Below, one piece after another: positions 46,741 through 57,136 of a stretch of 64,000 nt of DNA. Position numbers and translations under genes: made by a program. Origin of the DNA: a virus. Numbering within the stretch: the first letter of the stretch is position 1; each line of letters opens with the position of its first letter. Below the pieces are notes generated by a model. It had not been told where the DNA came from and searched no databases. It worked only from the letters and a program-made list of their open reading frames with translations. Location of the stretch: IMG/VR virus record IMGVR_UViG_3300022821_000015, positions 13,973-77,972 of that record; one strand, given 5' to 3'.

Positions 46741-47146
46741 CCTCTGTTAAAATGCGGAATATAATACCCATTCTATCACAAAATGCGACTGCACTTTTCC
46801 ATTTGGCTTCGTTAAGTATAACGGCTTCCTGTGCTTTCTTAGAACGACCAGCTTCTTTCAAGGTTGTTTGTTTCTTTGGTTTTATTTCAATCAGTTCAGT
46901 ATGCGCTTTACCGTTTTTATCGTGATATTGTATTAAGAAATCTGGAATGTATTTTCTGCGGCGACCATCGATTGGATCAAGGTATGGTATTTTTATAGAC
47001 TCACTAGCCCACTGAACAATATGCGGATTTTGGTCGCAGAAACCCATAAAACTCATTTCCCATGATGATCTATACGTAGGGACTTTATTACCTACATATT
47101 TTTGTGGATTTTTGGGATAAAACTTACCTCTTGCAAAGTTAGGCAT
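46706..47146 (-). CDS. gp4: Head completion nuclease, T4 gp4-like
   Basis: PKNPQKYVG, YRSSWE, WASE..IPY, YIPDF, EIKP, NEAKW and ILTE. Confidence 0.88.
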   Translation of the reverse strand: MPNFARGKFYPKNPQKYVGNKVPTYRSSWEMSFMGFCDQNPHIVQWASESIKIPYLDPIDGRRRKYIPDFLIQYHDKNGKAHTELIEIKPKKQTTLKEAGRSKKAQEAVILNEAKWKSAVAFCDRMGIIFRILTEDDLFLNGKKRK

Positions 47147-47525
47147 CTATATTTCGTGATACATATTTATTGGGAACGATAGGGTTGGAATAACCTAATA
47201 AACTTGTGCCCCTGCGTGTTTCATTGAAATACAATGCCAGCACTTGATCCAAATGTAAACTATCGTATTTTTTTAACTCATTGATTACATCGGTTGTATT
47301 AACTTCCTGTGCATCAGCACTAGCAATGATAGCTTCCGATAACGATGTTGCTTGATCTTCATTTCCTGTTTTATTAAGAGAAAATGCATATACCACATCC
47401 CATTCTGCACCAGTAATAGTTACCGACTGTTCAAAATATCCGTCAAAGAATGTTCTGGTTTTATCTTCCTGTGATTGTTCAACAGATAAGTCTGTATTTG
47501 GTAAGTTTGTATATCGGACTGCCAT
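47139..47525 (-). CDS. Hypothetical structural-module protein
   Basis: 128 aa within the tail operon. Confidence 0.6.
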   Translation of the reverse strand: MAVRYTNLPNTDLSVEQSQEDKTRTFFDGYFEQSVTITGAEWDVVYAFSLNKTGNEDQATSLSEAIIASADAQEVNTTDVINELKKYDSLHLDQVLALYFNETRRGTSLLGYSNPIVPNKYVSRNIDA

Positions 47526-48733
47526 TAAAAACTCCCTTCAGTATCGCTCAAGTTTCTATTAGGAGTATTTATAAGTGTAACTTTAGACCGCCCTCTATTT
47601 ATAGGTGGCATAGTAGATACAGGAGTTGAACGTTTCTGGATTACTTGCTTTTGAGATATCACTGTATTACTATTTACCGTTCTATTGGGCGGCGGTGAGT
47701 TTCCTTGGGCACTATTAGATTTTACTATATTCGACATTCTTGGAAATACAGAGTTTGAAAGTGGATTTTTACCACGTAAAAAATCTTTTCCAGCTTGTTT
47801 CAGTTCATCAGTGATAATGCTTTTAAAATCCGAGTTACGATTATTAAATACTGTTCTACCAAGACCAAATATTCCACCGAGTATATTGCCCGATGAAAAT
47901 GATTCAACAACACCAAGACCGGCATCGAGTAATCCACCTTGCCCGAATACAGAATTAGTTCCGCCGCCCAATGGAGTTATTGGACTAGGTGTTCTATCAT
48001 AATGATCAATGGCGAAGTTTTTAGGAGAATCATCATTGACAAGACCCGTGGCATACACCACTGTTTCATACTGGACTTGCATATTATGTTCCATAAATGT
48101 TCCATCTGCATAATCGTGTCTGTCGTGACCGAAAGATGTAATAACAGGATTAACCAATGTATGTTCAACAAATTTCTTCTGCCACATAGAATATACACGA
48201 ATATCAGTAAAAAACTGTTTTGCGGATGATGCATTACGTGGTCCACGATCCATACCCCATGAAATATGTTCACGATTTGAATAAACATCATTCACCGTAT
48301 ACGCACGGTCCAATGTTGATGAATTTGTTGAATATTCAGGGTCTTGATAAAAGAAGCTATAATATGCATACCAAAGTTTACGAATAATGTCACTCTGATC
48401 ATCATGAAATGTTATTCCAACTGGCTGATAGTTTATTCTATGCTGTGTTGTTCTATGTCGGTTGTACTGATTGCGGTCTTCGATATCAATGTTGAACTGC
48501 GGTAAGTCGCATCCTTTTACAAATAAATGCAAGTCGCCTTTTTCGTTGGTGGTGATTTTACCATCAAGGTATGGTTTAGCTTCAGGAGAAAAGTTAAACA
48601 CAACATGAAACAGATGCTTATATCTGGGTTGATAAGCATATGTATCAGCAACGAAAGCTTGGGAGCCGTGAGCATAATCCCTCACGGTATCTCCCTGCAC
48701 AATCTGCTTTAGGAATTTGTTTACACTACTCAT
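47525..48733 (-). CDS. Tail-tube-like baseplate protein (gp48/gp54-like)
   Basis: Tube-fold motifs (LPQF...YQPVGITFHDD...LVNPVITSF...QYE); follows the tube gene. Confidence 0.6.
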   Translation of the reverse strand: MSSVNKFLKQIVQGDTVRDYAHGSQAFVADTYAYQPRYKHLFHVVFNFSPEAKPYLDGKITTNEKGDLHLFVKGCDLPQFNIDIEDRNQYNRHRTTQHRINYQPVGITFHDDQSDIIRKLWYAYYSFFYQDPEYSTNSSTLDRAYTVNDVYSNREHISWGMDRGPRNASSAKQFFTDIRVYSMWQKKFVEHTLVNPVITSFGHDRHDYADGTFMEHNMQVQYETVVYATGLVNDDSPKNFAIDHYDRTPSPITPLGGGTNSVFGQGGLLDAGLGVVESFSSGNILGGIFGLGRTVFNNRNSDFKSIITDELKQAGKDFLRGKNPLSNSVFPRMSNIVKSNSAQGNSPPPNRTVNSNTVISQKQVIQKRSTPVSTMPPINRGRSKVTLINTPNRNLSDTEGSF

Positions 48734-48745
48734 ACGAGTATCCTA

Positions 48746-49363
48746 TTAGCCTGTAAAGACTGTTCCGAGTGTTCTACCGATATCCACACCAACTCCAGTG
48801 CCAAGTGGTGTTTGAACTGCGTTATCAAAACGAAGTGTAACATCAACTGTCATTGGTTCAGATGAAGCATAATCACCGTCACTATAAGCAACGTTTGTGA
48901 TAAAGCAACCATACATTTCCCAAGTTTCAAGAACGTTGGCATCGAACTGTCCGTTACCACCATCAAGAACTTCGAAGCGGGAAATAAACTTATAGTCAAT
49001 ACCAGAAGAAGCACGGCTTTGTTCCATCATATCAAACTGCTTTTGAACCTGTTCACCAACCAAGCGTGTTACTGCACCAGATACATCATCACGGAATGAT
49101 ACTGTGATATCTTCCCAAGTGTGCTTACCAGCAAAGTGTACCTTTGAGTTGTATACATCAACTGTTAGTGGTTCAAATGCTAGCTTCGGACGAGCAAATG
49201 TTTTGATTTGTTTTGTTAGTTCGGTTCTTGGAGAACTGATACCAAAGTTTTCAAATGTAGCACGAAAACCGTATGCTAATTTTGGGAATAGTAATCCCTG
49301 TTGATTTGCGCTTTGGTCATTATCCAAAGGAACTGTGAATTTGTTCAATGAAGAAACTGACAT
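48746..49363 (-). CDS. gp19: Tail tube protein (gp19-like)
   Basis: RP...AGKHTWEDITVSFRDD...WEMYGCF...LRFD; directly after the sheath. Confidence 0.85.
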   Translation of the reverse strand: MSVSSLNKFTVPLDNDQSANQQGLLFPKLAYGFRATFENFGISSPRTELTKQIKTFARPKLAFEPLTVDVYNSKVHFAGKHTWEDITVSFRDDVSGAVTRLVGEQVQKQFDMMEQSRASSGIDYKFISRFEVLDGGNGQFDANVLETWEMYGCFITNVAYSDGDYASSEPMTVDVTLRFDNAVQTPLGTGVGVDIGRTLGTVFTG

Positions 49364-49408
49364 ATTATATAACTCCTGTTTGTTATTAGTATTTATTAAA
49401 TTTTAGAC

Positions 49409-49440
49409 AAAAAAACGGGGGTATAAAACCCCCATTTCTT
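49409..49440 (-). terminator. Intrinsic terminator after the sheath gene
   Basis: ggggg-loop-ccccc stem followed by T7 on minus. Confidence 0.7.
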
Positions 49441-49457
49441 CATTTATAATGGCTATA

Positions 49458-52400
49458 TTAGCCGTTTGCCGCTGCTACATTTCCAGAAGATATTTCACCA
49501 GTGTTTTTCAAGCGAACTGGAACAAATATAAATTCAGCTGCTTTAACTGGCTCAATCGCCACATCAACGTAAAGTTCATTACGATCAATGCGTGTTGGTG
49601 TGTTATTAGTCGTATCACATACAACCAAGTAGTCATAGATACCACGTTTTGCAACCAAATCATTCATTAACTGTTCAACTGCTTGCTTTAGTTCATCACG
49701 TGTGATCTTATCATTTGGTTCAAATACGAACGGCTTTGATATTGCATCAAGTTCTCTACGAACATATGCCATCAAACGTGCCACGTTAATGCGATCAAGG
49801 GCGGATGATGTACTATGGCGTGTTTTGTTACCATAGTTAACAAGACCTGTTCCATTAATGAATGTCAATGCGTTGATGTCATTTTCATACAATGTGTCAC
49901 GGGTTCCTTTACCAACGTTAGTTCCTACGAACTCGCCATTGATATCCACATAACCTAGACCAGATGCATTGTCGATCTGTCCACGCTGAACACCAGCTGG
50001 TGCCATCCAAGGATATGAACGATCATCTGAACGAATAAGTGTGCGAAGCATCATATGTGATGGTGGAACAACAACCGTATTACCACTTAGATCATTTGTC
50101 TGTCCCGAAGGATAGAATATTCCAAGATACGTGTCGTTTGTTAGAAGTCCATCTTCGCCTGTTCCAGCAGCACCACTTGCATTGGTTGCCCAATTCTGTA
50201 ATGCAGAACCTACTGTGGATAAACGCATCGGCGTATCACCCACTACGAATCCAGTAGAATCACGATCATTGTTTAGTGTTACTAGGTTAGCAATTAATTC
50301 TGGATAACCCGGTGCCGCTAACAATGTGAATGCACGCTGTTCTTCACGTAAATCAGTGCTACTATCTACTATTGATTTCATAGCTTTTGATACAATCTGA
50401 CGTTGTGCTTTACGCATCATATATGGTGAACCATCAGATTTATTACCTGAAGCCGTTACCCACGCATCCTTTTCAGTAGGAAGTGTTGGATATACGGATA
50501 CATCACTGAAGTTTGTTCTTGAGAAGTAATCTGTGCGGAACTGCTTAACTGTTCCACCTGAACGGCGAGTATTAAACAATAGTGTACCACGTGGGTAAAG
50601 TGCTGGCGAAGGTGCATCAAGGTCAACCGTATCAATGACTAACAAATCAGCCACCGTAGTTACCGTTCCGGTAACTACGTCCGTAGTTGTGTCGCCCATA
50701 TAACGAGCATCAGCAAATACGATACCATTTTCAGTTGTTTGATCGGTATTATCAATCTGAACAAACTTGTTTTCACCAGAAACTGTTTCATAACGATACA
50801 TTGCTGGGTAATTTTCAAGATCGCCCGAATCCAACCAAAGGTCACCGACAACAAGAGTTGTTTCGTCACTTTGTGTTGTTGGCTCCGTTGCCGATACAAT
50901 AACACCCGCTGGATCAGTATCCGATAGATCAAAGCCACGTGTGTCGTTTGCTAGGTTTTGATATCCGACCCAGTTTGTGCCATCGTGAACCATAACATCA
51001 ACATCAGTCGATGCATCATACCAGTAAGTAAGGTCTGATGGATTTTGTGAAGGTGCGGTCAAAGATGCAGTATATGTTGGTGCAACCCAGTTTGATAAAA
51101 TCAAATCGACATTGTTACCAGCACGAACTTGCCCCGATGTGATACTTGTTGAAATACCCGCATCTGCAAGTGGTGTTCCGCTTGTGTCTTTAGCAACAAT
51201 CACGCCGCCAGCACTATGCTTAATCTTTAGTGCACCAGTTGAAGTGATTTCAGCAGATACATATGTAAGTCCAGCACCGTTAATGTCACTTGCCAATGAA
51301 GTAAGGTCTGTTCCAGATGTTGTCACTACAATAGCTGCCGAAAGCGTAGTTGATGATACTGCGGATTCTTGTAATGTGAATGTGTCTGAAGCTGTAATAA
51401 CAGCAGATGTTTCTGTTCCTGTTACTTCAAGATCGCCAGCCGAATAACGACGGAAAATCTTATATGTAGCTGTATCATCTTCATCTACATCAAACTGTGT
51501 ATAAAGCGTTCCTACTGCGATGCTTTCGCCGCCGCCAGAAACGTCTAATCCATTGTTTGCTGCACGATCATTTTCGTATAACGGTGCATCAACCGCACTG
51601 AAAGATTCAGTTGTTGTGCTGTAAACGTACATAGAAAGGTCAGCACCTGTATTTGGTGTTGTTGTCTTAATCCAAACCGAACCAGTAGGACGTGGTGTTG
51701 TATCAGTTGATTTCCACGCTGGAACACTGGTGTGTCCTGCTTGTGTTAATGTCGGTGCATAATATGTTCCCACCGTAATACCAGCATCTGCAAGCGGGGT
51801 GCCGCTTCCTTCTGCAAGTAGAATACCTTGGTCAAGAACTGATGAATCACCATCTGTATCTGCATCCAAATCTGCATAGAGTTCAAGGCGGTTATTAACT
51901 GCTGCTGCCGTTACACCCGGAACTCCCGCTGTGTTAATATCAGAAACAACACTAGAAAGCGTTGTGCTAGAAAGTGTAACCGTTGTTCCGTTTACAACTA
52001 TTGTTTCAGCTGCTGTGAATGTAGGAGAAGTTTCCGTACCTTGAACTGTTGGTACTGAAATCTGCCAAGCATTTGAACCTACAAGAACCCATGTGTTGCT
52101 ACTGTTTTTGTAATAAAGAGGATTTTCGACGTTTGTTGCCACAATCGCATAATCTCCGATTGCGCCGATTGAAGTTTTTGGAACACCAACACTAAGATCA
52201 GTAGCCGAAGTGATAACCGTTGGAATCTTATTTGTAAACGTTCCAGTTGATTTATTCCACTGGAATATTCCCCAAAGAGAAGCACTTGAAGTATCAAACC
52301 AATATGTTCCGTTTGATGGATTTCCTGTCGGACGAGATGTTGTTCCAACTAGTGCACCCAAATCAACGTCTGCACGAACAACATAGCAACGGTTAGAAAC

Positions 52401-52706
52401 ACCGAGAACACTGTATGCAGCCATAAGACCATATTCGTTTAGTTCATAACCATTCAAGGCTGAACCATTTGAGCTTTGGTAAAATAATGGGTTACCAAAT
52501 GTATTTGTTAGTTCACGTTGCGATGAAATAAGATATACATCGCCCGCTGCTGCGGCGAGTGTTCCTGCCGCTGTTCCTGTTCCTGCACCGCTTAGTTTAT
52601 CTTGAGCTGTTGCTACAACTACAAGTGGAACGGTTGCTGTTAAACCGGGAACATAAAAACTTTCATCAATGATTGTTACTTCTGCGCCGGGGCTTACTAA
52701 TACCAT
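49458..52706 (-). CDS. gp18: Contractile tail sheath protein (gp18-like, 1082 aa)
   Basis: LVSPG N-terminus; VPPS, WMAPAG..RG, RDTLY, ALDRINVARL, FEPND and IEPVKAAEFI. Confidence 0.95.
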   Translation of the reverse strand: MVLVSPGAEVTIIDESFYVPGLTATVPLVVVATAQDKLSGAGTGTAAGTLAAAAGDVYLISSQRELTNTFGNPLFYQSSNGSALNGYELNEYGLMAAYSVLGVSNRCYVVRADVDLGALVGTTSRPTGNPSNGTYWFDTSSASLWGIFQWNKSTGTFTNKIPTVITSATDLSVGVPKTSIGAIGDYAIVATNVENPLYYKNSSNTWVLVGSNAWQISVPTVQGTETSPTFTAAETIVVNGTTVTLSSTTLSSVVSDINTAGVPGVTAAAVNNRLELYADLDADTDGDSSVLDQGILLAEGSGTPLADAGITVGTYYAPTLTQAGHTSVPAWKSTDTTPRPTGSVWIKTTTPNTGADLSMYVYSTTTESFSAVDAPLYENDRAANNGLDVSGGGESIAVGTLYTQFDVDEDDTATYKIFRRYSAGDLEVTGTETSAVITASDTFTLQESAVSSTTLSAAIVVTTSGTDLTSLASDINGAGLTYVSAEITSTGALKIKHSAGGVIVAKDTSGTPLADAGISTSITSGQVRAGNNVDLILSNWVAPTYTASLTAPSQNPSDLTYWYDASTDVDVMVHDGTNWVGYQNLANDTRGFDLSDTDPAGVIVSATEPTTQSDETTLVVGDLWLDSGDLENYPAMYRYETVSGENKFVQIDNTDQTTENGIVFADARYMGDTTTDVVTGTVTTVADLLVIDTVDLDAPSPALYPRGTLLFNTRRSGGTVKQFRTDYFSRTNFSDVSVYPTLPTEKDAWVTASGNKSDGSPYMMRKAQRQIVSKAMKSIVDSSTDLREEQRAFTLLAAPGYPELIANLVTLNNDRDSTGFVVGDTPMRLSTVGSALQNWATNASGAAGTGEDGLLTNDTYLGIFYPSGQTNDLSGNTVVVPPSHMMLRTLIRSDDRSYPWMAPAGVQRGQIDNASGLGYVDINGEFVGTNVGKGTRDTLYENDINALTFINGTGLVNYGNKTRHSTSSALDRINVARLMAYVRRELDAISKPFVFEPNDKITRDELKQAVEQLMNDLVAKRGIYDYLVVCDTTNNTPTRIDRNELYVDVAIEPVKAAEFIFVPVRLKNTGEISSGNVAAANG

Positions 52707-52823
52707 ATTATTATTTCCTCTCTCTAAATATATGCGAAATCGTTACAGATTTACTTATATATATTTAGGCAATAGCCCAAAATAGCGGGTAAAAACCTTT
52801 CCCTTATAAGGGCTAAATAAAAT

Positions 52824-53171
52824 ATGGGTAGACCACTATGCAATAAATGCGGCAAGGAGCCAAAAGCAGTTAACTGCTACCGTAATGGGCGTATATATTA
52901 TCGAACATTATGTGAAACTTGTTTAGGTATGAAGAAAAATCTGATGAAAATAAAACCCCGCTGGATTAGAGCGGGGTATATTAAGAAATCAGTATGTGAA
53001 AAATGTGGGTTCAAGCCACGGTTCCAAGATCAGCTATTTGTGTTCTTTATTGATAATGACCGAAATAATATACATATATCAAATATTAAAACGGTGTGTT
53101 CTAACTGTCAGATTGAGTTAAGTCTTGATCCGCAAGGGTGGCGTCAAGGTGATCTTCGGATTGACTTGTAA
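52824..53171 (+). CDS. Zinc-finger / degenerate HNH-like protein
   Basis: Four CxxC motifs; IDNDRNN...NIKTVCSNC lacking the catalytic His. Confidence 0.6.
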   Translation: MGRPLCNKCGKEPKAVNCYRNGRIYYRTLCETCLGMKKNLMKIKPRWIRAGYIKKSVCEKCGFKPRFQDQLFVFFIDNDRNNIHISNIKTVCSNCQIELSLDPQGWRQGDLRIDL

Positions 53172-53835
53172 GGTCTTCTGGAACTCCAGCGACTTCGACC
53201 AACCCAAGGATAACTTCGGTTACTTCACATAGTCGTTCAATAGTGGAATCATTTTCAAGATGAATATCCATTTTTTCACCAATCCATTCTCGTTCACTTG
53301 GATGAATATTACTAATGACACTGGGCGGAATAGCGTTTGGCATCGACCCATCTTTTTCAACTTTATTCCAAGCCTTTACGTCATTAAACCAATCAGGTTC
53401 AGGACCACGCTTTACTCGCATAATCTTACCACGCATATTGTGAATCATTTTGACTTCATTTCGGAATCGAACGTCAGGAATAACATAGTTATCGGGATTT
53501 TCTAATATAAACTTTTCCATTGCTGCACACCAAATATTCTGTCCGAATACATTGCGTCCTGCTTCAGTACCCATCCACTGTAGCGCAAGTCTAGGTGAAA
53601 AGTTTTCTACTTCAAGCCGATTTGCCCACCATTCATCAACCTCTTCTCGCCATTCACGACTTTCGGCAGTTGAACCTTCAAGCATATCACGATCCCACTC
53701 AAAAATAGTGGCACACGCATCTTTAAGTTTATCAGCAAAACTGATTTTGGTAAATCCGTGATGTTCTACTAAATGGTCAGCGACTGTATCTTTGCCACTG
53801 CCTTTAAATCCGCAAATCCCTAAAATCACTGTCAT
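53101..53835 (-). CDS. Deoxynucleoside monophosphate kinase (T4 gp1-like)
   Basis: GFKGSGKDT, FADKLK, PRLALQWMGTE, DVRFRNE and HPSE. Confidence 0.92.
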   Translation of the reverse strand: MTVILGICGFKGSGKDTVADHLVEHHGFTKISFADKLKDACATIFEWDRDMLEGSTAESREWREEVDEWWANRLEVENFSPRLALQWMGTEAGRNVFGQNIWCAAMEKFILENPDNYVIPDVRFRNEVKMIHNMRGKIMRVKRGPEPDWFNDVKAWNKVEKDGSMPNAIPPSVISNIHPSEREWIGEKMDIHLENDSTIERLCEVTEVILGLVEVAGVPEDLTSQSEDHLDATLADQDLTQSDS

Positions 53836-53989
53836 CGTTTCCTTTCCACAAGTAAATATTTACTTGTTTTTAATGTATAGTAATATTATACCTTATTGTT
53901 TGTGCAACTTTCAATATAAAAACTATATCAAACCTCGGAAGATGGCACAATACCAACTGTAAGCATAAATAGTATAAAGGACGTGAACT

Positions 53990-54748
53990 ATGCCAACTGA
54001 TTTATCAACACTAAGAAATAATGTAGCTGATTACATAATGCTGTCGTTAGGTTCAGGAATGGTCACGGTTGAACTTGACGCCGCCCACATCGATATGGCG
54101 TTGGATCGTGCCTTACGTGTATTTCGTCAACGCACAGATAACGCCATGGAAGAAAGTTATGGATTTCTCGACTTGGTTCGAGGTCAGCAGGAATACATTC
54201 TTGATGATAACATTATGGAAGTTCGTCAAGTATTTCGTCGTGGTATCGGTTCTGGTGCAGCTGGTCAAGCAACGCAGTTTGAACCATTTGAAGCCGCTTT
54301 CGTTAATACATATCTTTTACAAGCGGGTCGCCTTGGCGGTCTTGCTACATACGAACTATTTAATCAATATCAAGAACTAGCCGCAAGAATGTTTGGTGGG
54401 TATATCAACTTTACGTGGGAACCCGTATCAAAGAAACTTACACTTGTGCGTAATATCAAAGGGTCTGGTGAATCTATTTTGCTATGGCTTTATAACCGTA
54501 AACCCGATGATACTTTATTACAAGATAAAGAATGCTTGCCTTGGCTTGAACAGTATTCATTAGGTGTATGTAAAATGATGCTTGGCGAAGCACGGTCTAA
54601 GTTTTCAACAGTTGTTGGACCCGGTGGCGGAACAACCCTCAACGGTGATGCGTTGAAGGCTGAAGGTCAGGCACTTATTGACGAATGCATGGAATCTATT
54701 AAACAGTTTGAAGTAGGAAATACTCCATTAGCGTGGATTCAAGGTTAA
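53990..54748 (+). CDS. gp13: Neck protein gp13-like
   Basis: LG..MV.VEL...LGEARSKF...GPGGGTTLNG; CATAAATA upstream. Confidence 0.85.
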   Translation: MPTDLSTLRNNVADYIMLSLGSGMVTVELDAAHIDMALDRALRVFRQRTDNAMEESYGFLDLVRGQQEYILDDNIMEVRQVFRRGIGSGAAGQATQFEPFEAAFVNTYLLQAGRLGGLATYELFNQYQELAARMFGGYINFTWEPVSKKLTLVRNIKGSGESILLWLYNRKPDDTLLQDKECLPWLEQYSLGVCKMMLGEARSKFSTVVGPGGGTTLNGDALKAEGQALIDECMESIKQFEVGNTPLAWIQG

Positions 54749-54961
54749 TCATAGAGGTTCATTGGTTTCCGTATACATCACTAAACAATCACCAATAATG
54801 TCCCATTGCCATTGTGGAAGTTTATCAACTTCAGCATACACGGCAGGATATAAATCAGTAACCCCCTATTCAATAAGGGTTTTCATAATATCCATTATTA
54901 CTTCTGTGGGTTCAAAGTTAGGATCGTATTGAAGATCATCCCAAAACTCTTCCTTAGTCAT
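54749..54961 (-). pseudogene. FW...WxW family member with in-frame TAG (54866-54868)
   Basis: MTKEEFWDDL...IE*GVTD...QWQWD...; the frame continues past the stop. Confidence 0.5.
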
Positions 54962-55166
54962 TTTCACCATCCCATTCCCATCTATTATAGCAATCTTCCT
55001 GATTAATCATCACTATAAATCTAGTGCATCTATCGCACACGTCAAGATCATTGTAGTCCGCATCCCTCCCGATAATATGCAAAGTTTCATCCCATTTACA
55101 GTTACCGCATATGCGATCCGATGGAAGTGGGTCTTTAAGGTTTTGCCAAAACTCTTCCTTAGTCAT
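54954..55166 (-). CDS. FW-CxxC-WxW family microprotein
   Basis: MTKEEFWQNL...CGNC...CDRC...RWEWDGEND. Confidence 0.65.
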   Translation of the reverse strand: MTKEEFWQNLKDPLPSDRICGNCKWDETLHIIGRDADYNDLDVCDRCTRFIVMINQEDCYNRWEWDGEND

Positions 55167-55287
55167 TTTCACCATCCCATTGCCAATGGGGGTTTCTTTC
55201 TGAACCATCTATGTCAGAACGGCGGACACCATGGCATCCACGTATGGATGGTGCTGCTAATGCTTCCCAAAACTTTTGCTTATTCAT
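55159..55287 (-). CDS. FW-WxW family microprotein, internally deleted duplicate (42 aa)
   Basis: MNKQKFWEALAAPSI...GSERNPHWQWDGEND; its ends are near-identical to those of 55280..55492. Confidence 0.55.
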   Translation of the reverse strand: MNKQKFWEALAAPSIRGCHGVRRSDIDGSERNPHWQWDGEND

Positions 55288-55492
55288 GTTTTCCATCCCA
55301 TTGCCAATGGTGGTTTCTTTCCGAACCATGGATTTCCCCTCGGGGTTTGGCATGACATTCGCATACTGAATCCAGTATCGTACCAAAGAAATCGGATTTG
55401 CACCATTCGCCGTGAGGTTTACCATGAACGCAGTTATTACAATGTTGTATGGATGGTGCTGCTAATGCTTCCCAAAACTTTTGCTTATCCAT
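55280..55492 (-). CDS. FW-CxxC-WxW family microprotein
   Basis: MDKQKFWEAL...CNNC...HWQWDG; AGGA RBS. Confidence 0.7.
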   Translation of the reverse strand: MDKQKFWEALAAPSIQHCNNCVHGKPHGEWCKSDFFGTILDSVCECHAKPRGEIHGSERNHHWQWDGKHE

Positions 55493-55501
55493 GTGTTTAT
55501 C

Positions 55502-56665
55502 CTAATATGTTGATAATAAGATAGTGTCGGCGTTAATGCGTCCTGTCAACTTTATTTCAACAGCCTTAATATCACTAAGGAATGTGCGAAGTTTAACTTT
55601 ACCAGCCTTGCTGAACTCCTTTAACTGGTCTGCTGGCTTACGTAGTGTCTTTGCAACACTTACATTTTCATCAAATCCAATAATAGTTGAACCTTTTACG
55701 CTAAGTTGTCCAGCATTTGGGTCAGCTTTATAAATACCAAGCTTACGTGTCTTTGTATTGAAAACCCACAGAACAGTAGAACCCACGATATCGGATGGCT
55801 TGATACTGACAAGTTTATTGTCTTTATCTTCCTTCTTATATTTTAGTTTTGCCACAAGTTTGGCTGCGGTAGGCGCTTTCTTTGTGCGAACCTTTCGATT
55901 AACTTGTTTGAACTTATGATAAACACCAAGCCCATCAATAATATTTTCATAAAACTTGATGATGCGGGTTATGTCTGATTTGGTTAGATGTGAATATCCT
56001 TCTTTTAAATCATCGGCAACATTCTTACTATTCAATGATTTGATTTCTTCGAGTTTTGGTGTGTAATATTCAACAATCTTGGCAATATGCACTTGTGCAA
56101 TCTCATTAGATTTCAGCCAGCCAATGACATCGGGTGCGGCGAACTTGAGGTCGTTACTTACGCCATCTTCCCATTCGTCCATTTCACCAATGATATTGGA
56201 TAACTGTTCACGCATACGTTCTTGAATCGTTGGCTGATATCCTTTTTTCTTTTCAACCTTTTTCTTTACTTCCTTTACGGTTTTGCCATGTTCGATAAGC
56301 GTGGCAATACGGTCACGCAACCAGTCGCTTTCAGTATCGGGCATTCCACGCATAAGCATCGTGGCTAATGCGACCGTGGCTGTGCTAAGTTTAGTATCAG
56401 GACAAGACTTAACCAGTTTAATATCAGTAACTGAATACTTTTCCCGTTGCATCCAGTCGTGAAGATTCTTTTTAAGGTCGGATATATCGTGGAAATAGTT
56501 ATACCAGTTGTATCCATAAACCTTCTGCCTATCGATTTTAATAGCATCCCATTCATCAGCACCTTCCCATTCCGGTTCAAATCCGAGATACTTTGTATCA
56601 ACGAACTTTGGCGAACGGATAGCCTTGTTCTTTCTTTTTGTTTTTAATAACGCTGATTTAGCCAT
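55502..56665 (-). CDS. Basic hypothetical T4-like phage protein
   Basis: 387 aa with YNWYNYF, IQERMRE, FNTKTRKL and KTLRKP; TTGACA-16-TATACT upstream. Confidence 0.7.
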   Translation of the reverse strand: MAKSALLKTKRKNKAIRSPKFVDTKYLGFEPEWEGADEWDAIKIDRQKVYGYNWYNYFHDISDLKKNLHDWMQREKYSVTDIKLVKSCPDTKLSTATVALATMLMRGMPDTESDWLRDRIATLIEHGKTVKEVKKKVEKKKGYQPTIQERMREQLSNIIGEMDEWEDGVSNDLKFAAPDVIGWLKSNEIAQVHIAKIVEYYTPKLEEIKSLNSKNVADDLKEGYSHLTKSDITRIIKFYENIIDGLGVYHKFKQVNRKVRTKKAPTAAKLVAKLKYKKEDKDNKLVSIKPSDIVGSTVLWVFNTKTRKLGIYKADPNAGQLSVKGSTIIGFDENVSVAKTLRKPADQLKEFSKAGKVKLRTFLSDIKAVEIKLTGRINADTILLSTY

Positions 56666-56734
56666 AATAATATATCCTTTTGTGTAGTATATAGTATACT
56701 ATAATAAAAAGCATTGTCAATACCTATTTTTTAA

Positions 56735-57133
56735 TCAAAACTGTCTATCTATATAGTATTTGGACCATTCACGGGTATGCATAGTCCATGGACATTCCCA
56801 ATCGTTTCCAGCATCTTGCCATCCTTCGATGCCGCCCATATCAATCCATCGTTGAACTGTATCTGGATCGCCATAACAATATCGGGGTATGTATGCTCGT
56901 ATACGGTCGGTAGCCAAGCCAAGCTCACCTTTTAGATTTGGATGGCAACTATCCCAAGCACCAAAAACATCATTGGATAATAGTTTAGTAAGCATTCCGC
57001 CCGGCGATAATCCAAGTTCATAATAGTTCCGCATCGAAGAATCCAAACTGGTTTCGCCAAGCCCAAGACAGACGGGCGGTATATTGCCTTTTAACGCCAT
57101 CGCAAACTTGCATTTTTCATATGTTTCATACAT
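56735..57133 (-). CDS. Hypothetical protein
   Basis: PGGMLTKLLSND motif. Confidence 0.6.
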   Translation of the reverse strand: MYETYEKCKFAMALKGNIPPVCLGLGETSLDSSMRNYYELGLSPGGMLTKLLSNDVFGAWDSCHPNLKGELGLATDRIRAYIPRYCYGDPDTVQRWIDMGGIEGWQDAGNDWECPWTMHTREWSKYYIDRQF

Positions 57134-57136
57134 TAT

